NCBI GenBank assembly: GCA_963974065.1
Contig: CAXBCI010000016.1
Location: 2,421 to 66,420, forward strand
Direction: 5' to 3'
Source of the DNA: an uncultured Hyphomicrobiales bacterium
GTDB taxonomy: Bacteria; Pseudomonadota; Alphaproteobacteria; Rhizobiales; GCA-2746425
Length of the DNA: 64,000 nt
Shown: positions 58,010 to 64,000 of the stretch, one piece after another
Layout: every line of letters begins with the position of its first letter
How positions within the stretch are numbered: the stretch's first letter is position 1
Position numbers and translations under genes: made by a program
Notes under the pieces: generated by a model
Database searches by the model: none
Told to the model about the DNA's origin: nothing
Seen by the model: only the letters and a program-made list of their open reading frames with translations

Positions 58010-58834
58010 GTGATGAGCACTCGATCGACCTCGCACAGTGCGCTCTACGACGGCAAGGTGATGCATGCACGGCTGAAGCCGATGGGGCACAGGTTTCAAT
58101 ACCGTGTGTATGCTTTGCTGCTTGATCTCGACCAACTGCCGCTTGCCGCAAAAAGCCCGATTTTCTCTCATAACCGGTTCAACCTGCTGAGCTTTTTTGA
58201 CAGGGATCATGGCGCGCGCGATGGCACGCCGCTGCGAAACTACGTGGACGGGGTGATGCTGGCGGCGGGGGAATTGCCGCCGTGCCGGATTGAACTGCTG
58301 TGCTATCCCCGGGTTTTTGGCTGGGTCTTCGATCCGCTGTCGGTCTACTACTGCTACGATGCCAGCGACCATCTGAGCGCTCTGATTTACGAGGTGCGAA
58401 ACACCTTTGGTGAAAACCACACCTATGTGGCACCAGTGCGCGCCGGAGAGAGCCAGAACGGACATATCCGCCAGCAACGAAACAAGCGGTTTTACGTCTC
58501 GCCTTTCATCGATATGGATATGACTTACAGATTTCGTCTCAACCGGCCTGATACAGCTTTAACCCTGCGCATTCTGGTTGGTGATGCGGAAGGTCCCCTT
58601 CTGGCAGCGACCTTCAGCGGCTCGCGCCGGGCACTGACGACCGGAAATCTGCTGCGGGCGTTTGTTCAGGTGCCGTTTCAATCCCTGAAGATTGTTGGCG
58701 GCATTCATTGGGAAGCGTTGAAATTGTGGGTCAAAGGCGCCCGGTTCCATCGCCGTCCTCGCCGCCCAAAGGCCGTTTCTTATGGTGATGCCCAGGAGCC
58801 GACTGACGCGCCGCGGCCGTTGACCAGAGTCTGA
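58010..58834 (+). CDS. DUF1365 domain-containing protein
   Basis: 274 aa. YDGKVMHARLKPMGHRFQYRVY N-terminal signature of DUF1365. Starts immediately after the upstream stop codon. Confidence 0.85.
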   Translation: MMSTRSTSHSALYDGKVMHARLKPMGHRFQYRVYALLLDLDQLPLAAKSPIFSHNRFNLLSFFDRDHGARDGTPLRNYVDGVMLAAGELPPCRIELLCYPRVFGWVFDPLSVYYCYDASDHLSALIYEVRNTFGENHTYVAPVRAGESQNGHIRQQRNKRFYVSPFIDMDMTYRFRLNRPDTALTLRILVGDAEGPLLAATFSGSRRALTTGNLLRAFVQVPFQSLKIVGGIHWEALKLWVKGARFHRRPRRPKAVSYGDAQEPTDAPRPLTRV

Positions 58835-58900
58835 ACTTGAGATTTTTGTGGGCTTGATGCTACACTTTTTTGTCTGTTTGCAACTGGATGGTCCTGCATT

Positions 58901-60169
58901 ATGAATATCTCCTCATCGGGTCAGCCAGTTACCTCGGTCACGCGAGCCCCGGTCACATCGGTCACGCGGGCCGATGTGCGCGAAAAGACCAGATCCCTGC
59001 CGCGTCTGACCCGGGCCGCGATCCGGTTTGCGACCGGACTGGAAGCCGGCTCTTTGACGATTCACCTGCCGGAAGGCGAAGCGTTTTTGGTCTGTGGCAG
59101 TAAGCCGGGTCCATCGGCCGATCTCATCATCCACGATCACAATTTCGCCGCGCGGCTGTTGAAACGCGGCGAACTGGGAGTGGCCGAGGGTTTCATGGCC
59201 GAAGAATGGAGCAGTTCCGACGTCACAAGGTTTCTGGAATTGTTCTGCGTCAACCAGGGTCTCATTCAGACGGCCATCGACGACAGGTATGTGGTCAAGT
59301 TGATCCTGAAGCTGCGCGGCTGGCTCAATCGCAACACAAGGCGCGGTTCAAAGAAAAACATTTCGGCGCATTATGACCTTGGCAATGAGTTTTACCAGCA
59401 GTGGCTTGACCCGTCGATGACATATTCGTCCGCTGTCTTCGAAAGCGGACAGGAGGATTTGACGCAAGCGCAAATTCTGAAATATCGTAGCCTTGCCGAG
59501 CAGGCAGGCATCGGCGCTTCGGACACCGTTCTGGAGATCGGATGCGGATGGGGCGGTTTTGCCGAATTTGCCGCCCGAGAAATCGGCTGCAACGTCACTG
59601 CGCTGACAATATCTCAGGAACAGTTTGATTTCGCCAGAGAACGCGTCTTCAACGCGGGGCTTGCTGAAAAGGTCACTATCAAGTTTCAGGACTATCGCGA
59701 CGAAATCGGTGAATATGACAGAATAGCCTCGATTGAGATGTTTGAAGCTGTGGGCGAAGCCTATTGGCCGGTATTCTTTGACCGGATGAAGCATTGTCTC
59801 AAACCGGGCGGAACTGCGGGCCTGCAGATCATCACCATCCAGGACCGGTTTTTCCAGACTTACCGCAGTGAGATGGATTTCATCCGCCGTTACATTTTTC
59901 CCGGCGGAATGCTTCCCACACCACAGATTCTGCGGCAACTTGGTGAGCAGGTGGATCTGCATATGGTGTCAGAACGGGTGTTTGGCCATGATTATGCCAG
60001 AACGCTGCAAATTTGGCGTGAGCGGTTTGACGAGGCCTGGCCGAGAATTATGCCGCTGGGATTCGATCAGCGTTTCAACAATTTGTGGCGTTATTATCTG
60101 CACTACTGCGAAGCCGGATTTCGCTCTGAAAATATCGATGTTCGTCAGCTCGTGTTTGCCCGCAAATAA
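58901..60169 (+). CDS. Cyclopropane-fatty-acyl-phospholipid synthase family SAM-dependent methyltransferase
   Basis: 422 aa. AHYDLGNEFYQQWLDPSMTYSSA, VLEIGCGWGGFA and the C-terminal CFA-synthase core. Confidence 0.9.
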   Translation: MNISSSGQPVTSVTRAPVTSVTRADVREKTRSLPRLTRAAIRFATGLEAGSLTIHLPEGEAFLVCGSKPGPSADLIIHDHNFAARLLKRGELGVAEGFMAEEWSSSDVTRFLELFCVNQGLIQTAIDDRYVVKLILKLRGWLNRNTRRGSKKNISAHYDLGNEFYQQWLDPSMTYSSAVFESGQEDLTQAQILKYRSLAEQAGIGASDTVLEIGCGWGGFAEFAAREIGCNVTALTISQEQFDFARERVFNAGLAEKVTIKFQDYRDEIGEYDRIASIEMFEAVGEAYWPVFFDRMKHCLKPGGTAGLQIITIQDRFFQTYRSEMDFIRRYIFPGGMLPTPQILRQLGEQVDLHMVSERVFGHDYARTLQIWRERFDEAWPRIMPLGFDQRFNNLWRYYLHYCEAGFRSENIDVRQLVFARK

Positions 60170-60172
60170 AAC

Positions 60173-61498
60173 GTGGCCCATTCAAGCGGCTTGCGCTGGA
60201 GCCAAATTCTGATTTACGGGCTTCCCGCCATACCGATCTCGGTCCTGACGCTACCCTTTTTCATTTTCGTTCCGACATTCTATACCAAATCTCTCGGTCT
60301 GGATCTTGCCCTTGTCGGGATTGTGCTGGCTGCAATCCGCCTGTTTGATGCGCTCAATGATCCGCTTATCGGACTACTCAGTGACCGGATCCGCCCCAAA
60401 TTCGGGCGGCGGCGAAGCTGGTTTCTGGCCGGAGTACCGCTGACAATAGCCGGCACCTGGATGATCTTTGTGCCGGGAACAGCTCCCTCGATCGCCTATC
60501 TGGCGCTCTGGGGGCTGGCGCTGTCGATCGGCTGGAGCATGGTACAACTGCCCTATGCTGCGTGGGGCGCTGAACTGAGCGGAAATTATCGGATGCGATC
60601 GCGGCTTAGCGGTGTCCGCGAAGGTCTGGTCGTTGTTGGCACACTGATTGCGATTATCCTGCCAATCCTCGTCTCCGGCTCGCGTGAGGTTGATGCGGCC
60701 GGATTATATGCTCTTGCCCTGTTCGTCTGTGTGGGCCTGCCTTTGACGGCAGGACTCACCGTGTGGAAGGTCCCGGAGCCGAAGGAACACAGCCGTCAGA
60801 GCATCAATATCCGCGACGGAATGAGGTTCCTGCGCAGCAACAAAGTGTTTATCCGGCTGCTGATTGCGTTTTTTGTCAACGGTCTTGCCAATGGCCTGCC
60901 GGCCACGCTGTTTTTGCTGTTTGTCGGGAATGTGCTGAAAGCAGAAGCCGCTCAGGGGCCATTGCTGATTGTCTATTTCCTTTGTGGCGTTGTGGGAGTG
61001 CCCATCTGGCTCAAAGTGTCGGACCGGCTGGGCAAACACCGCACCTGGTGTATCGCCATGAGCCTGGCGCTTCCGGTTTTTCTTATGGTCATGCTGTTGG
61101 GCGATGGTGATGTGTGGTGGTTCGCCGCCATCAGCGTTCTGACCGGACTGACCCTTGGTGCCGATCTGACATTGCCGGCCTCGATCCAGGCCGATGTGAT
61201 CGATCTGGACACAGCTGAAACCGGTGAGCAACGCAGTGGTTTGTATTTTGCCTTCTGGGGCCTTGCCACCAAAGCTTCCCTCGCCCTCGGTGTCGGTCTG
61301 GCCTTCCCACTGCTGGCACTGGCAGGGTTCGATGCCCAATCCGATAATACGTCCAGCGCCTTGTTTACGCTCAGCTTCCTGTATGGCGGGTTGCCGGTCC
61401 TGTTGAAAATTATCGCTATCGGGCTGATGTGGAATTTTCCGCTTGATGAAGCACGCCAGATCGAGCTCAGACAGAAAATCGAAACCGGTTCAACCTGA
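60173..61498 (+). CDS. MFS transporter (glycoside-pentoside-hexuronide:cation symporter-like)
   Basis: 441 aa, about 12 TM segments, DRIRPKFGRRRSW loop motif. GTG start 3 nt after the upstream stop. Confidence 0.85.
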   Translation: MAHSSGLRWSQILIYGLPAIPISVLTLPFFIFVPTFYTKSLGLDLALVGIVLAAIRLFDALNDPLIGLLSDRIRPKFGRRRSWFLAGVPLTIAGTWMIFVPGTAPSIAYLALWGLALSIGWSMVQLPYAAWGAELSGNYRMRSRLSGVREGLVVVGTLIAIILPILVSGSREVDAAGLYALALFVCVGLPLTAGLTVWKVPEPKEHSRQSINIRDGMRFLRSNKVFIRLLIAFFVNGLANGLPATLFLLFVGNVLKAEAAQGPLLIVYFLCGVVGVPIWLKVSDRLGKHRTWCIAMSLALPVFLMVMLLGDGDVWWFAAISVLTGLTLGADLTLPASIQADVIDLDTAETGEQRSGLYFAFWGLATKASLALGVGLAFPLLALAGFDAQSDNTSSALFTLSFLYGGLPVLLKIIAIGLMWNFPLDEARQIELRQKIETGST

Positions 61499-61597
61499 TG
61501 GATCCACGGTGGTCTGCAATGGATTCCTGCAAGCAGTCCCTGCGCAAAGGTTTCTTGGCGGATCACAGGGATTAACAGGAAACAATTCAAAACTTCG

Positions 61598-61623
61598 GGA
61601 ACCGACTGCGGCGACAAACAGTT
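61598..61623 (+). promoter_or_regulatory. Weak candidate EcfG-type general-stress promoter
   Basis: GGAAC at 61598-61602, a 17-nt spacer, AGTT at 61620-61623 (consensus as I recall it is GGAAC-N16/17-CGTT), 45 nt upstream of the DUF892 gene start. Confidence 0.3.
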
Positions 61624-61667
61624 GTTATGGTGAGCTATTTGAACCCCACTGCAAAAAGGACACCACA

Positions 61668-62150
61668 GTGAAAACTTTGAATGATGCATTTCACCACACT
61701 TTGAAAGATATCTACTACGCTGAGCAGGCGCTGACCAAAGCGCTGCCAAAGGTCGCAAAGGCCACAAACAGCAGCAAATTGAAGAAGGCTGTCGACGAGC
61801 ATCTTGAAGAGACCCGGGAACAGATTGAACTGTTGAAGAAGGTATTCTCTTCCATCGACAAGAAACCCGAAGGCGAAAAGTGTGACGCGATCGAAGGCCT
61901 TATCAAGGAAACCGAGGGCATCATTGAAGAAGCCAGTGGCGTAGCGCTCGATGCCGCATTGCTGGCTGCTGCCCAGGCCGTGGAACATTATGAAATCGCC
62001 CGCTATGGGACGCTTCGTGAATGGGCCAAGGTGCTCGGCTTGGACGAAGCTCATGATTTGTTGACCGAAATTCTTGACATGGAAAAGGCTGCCAACGCCA
62101 AGCTGACCAGCATGGCTGTGGAAACCATCAACAAAGCCGCGTGTTGCTAA
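61668..62150 (+). CDS. Ferritin-like DUF892 (YciE/YciF family) protein
   Basis: Trimmed to the GTG at 61668 (AAAGGA 9 nt upstream), 160 aa. LKDIYYAEQALTKALPK and AVEHYEIARYGTL motifs. Confidence 0.85.
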   Translation: MKTLNDAFHHTLKDIYYAEQALTKALPKVAKATNSSKLKKAVDEHLEETREQIELLKKVFSSIDKKPEGEKCDAIEGLIKETEGIIEEASGVALDAALLAAAQAVEHYEIARYGTLREWAKVLGLDEAHDLLTEILDMEKAANAKLTSMAVETINKAACC

Positions 62151-62257
62151 TTGAATTTCACAGTCTGGAGCGCCGTACAACAGAAGATTGAGATTTTAGT
62201 CACTCTTCTTGGCGCTCCGGACTGAAATCATTGTATTTTGCGGAAGGAAACGATCAC

Positions 62258-62512
62258 GTGGGAATTATCTGGACTATTGTTATCGGCTTCATTGCTGGAG
62301 TCATCGCCAAATTTATTATGCCCGGAAAGAACGAACCTTCCGGATTCATCTTGACCACTATTTTGGGCGTAGTTGGCGCTTTCTTGGCCTCTTACCTGGG
62401 TCAGTGGCTCGGATGGTATGGCCCGGAAGAGAGCGCTGGCCTGATTGGTGCTGTGGTGGGTGCGATTATCGTTCTGGCAATCTGGGGTATGATAGCCAAA
62501 CGGGCTGATTGA
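62258..62512 (+). CDS. GlsB/YeaQ/YmgE family stress-response membrane protein
   Basis: Trimmed to the GTG at 62258 (GGAAGGA upstream), 84 aa. IIWTIVIGFIAGVIAKFIMPG and a Gly-zipper TM pattern. Confidence 0.85.
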   Translation: MGIIWTIVIGFIAGVIAKFIMPGKNEPSGFILTTILGVVGAFLASYLGQWLGWYGPEESAGLIGAVVGAIIVLAIWGMIAKRAD

Positions 62513-62536
62513 CCGAAATTATCGCTGGCAATGCAT

Positions 62537-62857
62537 TCAACGTTTAGCTGGGCGCAGCGCCGCCCGGCTTAACCGCTTGGCATTGCCAGCAGTTTTCTTG
62601 CTGACCGGACCCAACGCAGCTGCGAGGATCTGATCCGGTCGCGCACCGGAAGATGCTGCCATAAGCGCTTTTGTTGCCGATTGGGTGAAGGCTGCGTTCT
62701 TCTCACTCACCATACGCGTAGTCTCGCTCGGCTGCATGCGCCACAAACCTGACATTCCAGCGACACGCAGAGCAACAACATACTGCGCTTCGCTGATCAT
62801 GCGCCAACTGTCAAAGCCAAGTTTCCAGGCGTCTGCAGGATTGGTGTGTCGTGCCAT
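62537..62857 (-). CDS. Hypothetical protein (106 aa)
   Basis: Trimmed to the ATG at 62857 (GGAGA 8 nt upstream), which removes the overlap with the SDR gene. Product starts MARHTNPADAWKLGFDSWRMISEAQ. No function assignable from sequence. Confidence 0.55.
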   Translation of the reverse strand: MARHTNPADAWKLGFDSWRMISEAQYVVALRVAGMSGLWRMQPSETTRMVSEKNAAFTQSATKALMAASSGARPDQILAAALGPVSKKTAGNAKRLSRAALRPAKR

Positions 62858-62922
62858 AATAGGTCTCCAGGGCTGTTGATATTGCGGGACCCTTCGGTGC
62901 CGAACATTCTTTTCAGCAAAAA

Positions 62923-63717
62923 CTATCTCGATTTGGCCTTCCAGCCTGTCGCGCGATTGAGAAGCCAAAAATAAAGCGGGTAAGGCAGCAAATTCAAGAA
63001 TTTCAGACCATAGGTAAACCGTTTCGGAAAGGTAATTTCGAAGCGACCGGATTTCAGGCCCTTCACAAAACGATCAGCTGCATCATCCACCTCCATGAGA
63101 AACGGCATTGGAAACGGATTGGACTGTGTGGCCGGTGTGTCGACAAAGCCAGGATGGACGATCTGGATATGAATATTAAGCAAGTCAAGATCGAATTTCA
63201 GGCTCTCAGCCATATTGGTGAGACCTGCTTTGGTGGCACCATAGGCAGCAGATGTCGGCAATCCACCAAATCCGGCGACCGAGGACGTAATGGCAATCTG
63301 GCCGCGATTGCTAGCCCGCATGTGGTCAAGGCACGGCACCAGACAATTGGTCACCCCGTTGAGATTGACAGCAAAACTCTTATCAAAATCCTCAAGTTTC
63401 AATTCGCTCGCCCTTAGGGGCAAATAGATTCCGGCATTCAGGATCAGCAGCGCTATGCCACCATGCTTCGCAATCAGGTTCTCGGCAATCTTTCCCATCG
63501 CCGCCTGGTCGGTGACGTCACCGGCTGCGGGCACAACCCGGCCCGGCATTCCAGCACACTCTGCGGCGAGTGTTTCCAATTCATCAGCGCTGCGGGCTGT
63601 GGCTGCAACTGTCCAGCCGACGGCAACGAGACGTTTTGCCACATGATAGCCAAGGCCGCTGCTGGCTCCCGTTATCCATGCGATTCCGTCAGATGGTACA
63701 GCTTGATATGGTGACAT
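62923..63717 (-). CDS. SDR-family oxidoreductase
   Basis: 264 aa. ITGASSGLG cofactor motif, NAG, and catalytic YGATKAG. Confidence 0.9.
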   Translation of the reverse strand: MSPYQAVPSDGIAWITGASSGLGYHVAKRLVAVGWTVAATARSADELETLAAECAGMPGRVVPAAGDVTDQAAMGKIAENLIAKHGGIALLILNAGIYLPLRASELKLEDFDKSFAVNLNGVTNCLVPCLDHMRASNRGQIAITSSVAGFGGLPTSAAYGATKAGLTNMAESLKFDLDLLNIHIQIVHPGFVDTPATQSNPFPMPFLMEVDDAADRFVKGLKSGRFEITFPKRFTYGLKFLNLLPYPLYFWLLNRATGWKAKSR

Positions 63718-63736
63718 ACGGCCTCGGTTAAGCGCT

Positions 63737-64000
63737 TTAGATATTGAGGAATGGCGATATGAATCGACCCAGCGGACCGGTTAATCTGATCGGCGCATCC
63801 GTGACTGAAAAGCAGATGCATTCCTCGTCCTCGTCCGCGACCGGCCGATGATCGACGGTTCCATCTGCAACTGAAATTTCCCCTTTGACGAAATGGCCCG
63901 TCTCGTCACTGAAGCCACCCTGCAGCACGAGAGTCATCTCGATACCCTCATGGGTATGAAGCGGAACGCCCTTCCCCGCTGGAAACCGGTATAGGGTTGC
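63737..64000 (-). CDS. chrR: ChrR-like anti-sigma factor, C-terminal cupin domain (5' part outside the window)
   Basis: Frame is open to the window edge. HTHEGIEMTLVLQGGFSDETGHF...HRPVADEDEECICFSVTDAPIRL closely follows the ChrR cupin pattern H.H.G.E.TLVL.G.F.DE...H.P.A....CICLA.TDAPLRF as I recall it. Confidence 0.7.
   Translation of the reverse strand, partial: ATLYRFPAGKGVPLHTHEGIEMTLVLQGGFSDETGHFVKGEISVADGTVDHRPVADEDEECICFSVTDAPIRLTGPLGRFISPFLNI

Noticed and set aside
60704-61767. Minus-strand ORFs of 211 and 264 aa
   Set aside because: They lie antisense to the 12-TM MFS gene and have no motifs.
1-64000. CRISPR arrays, prophage or integrase genes next to the two tRNAs, toxin-antitoxin pairs, retrons, restriction-modification or other defence systems
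   Set aside because: I saw no regularly spaced direct repeats. No integrase or phage-like ORFs flank tRNA-Cys or tRNA-Asn. Every sizeable ORF is accounted for by housekeeping or known families.

Overview
This 64-kb window looks like core chromosome from an alphaproteobacterium. The gene order resembles Hyphomicrobiales/Rhizobiales, but that rests on my memory of synteny and no search was run. Coding density is high and most genes are housekeeping. In order: uvrA 3' end, trmFO, yajC-secD-secF, surE-pcm-nlpD, serS, tatABC, scpAB, nagZ, a large SPOR protein, argS, dgt, erpA, xthA, ilvD, valS, a liv-type ABC operon, popZ, tolC, tRNA-Cys, an aerobic-type cobalamin cluster (cobD, cbiB, and cbtB-cbtA-cobU-cobW-cobN-cobO-cobQ behind a cobalamin riboswitch), tRNA-Asn, dgoK-dgoA, a photolyase plus CFA-synthase-like lipid-modification cluster, small stress proteins, an SDR gene and the 3' end of a chrR-like anti-sigma gene. 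I found no CRISPR array, prophage, toxin-antitoxin pair or recognisable defence system, and I cannot honestly claim a new multi-gene system here. The observations most worth following up are these. (1) A structured palindromic MITE-like element flanked by TA occurs twice, with compensatory changes in its arms; one copy sits exactly between the cobD stop and the cbiB start codon. (2) A roughly 6.6-kb segment lies between valS and popZ and looks like an insertion: a decayed IS5-family transposase 5' fragment, the liv operon, an Rrf2 regulator with an odd 5' end, and 650 bp of decayed sequence. (3) A split singlet-oxygen (sigma-E/ChrR-type) module with a candidate TGATCC-N16-CGTAA promoter. (4) An orphan ABC ATPase plus a MITE copy inside the scpAB-tatABC block. 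(5) A DUF1127 small gene that falls below the ORF-track size cutoff. Several long ORFs in the track are antisense artefacts or over-extended N-termini, and I trimmed those.
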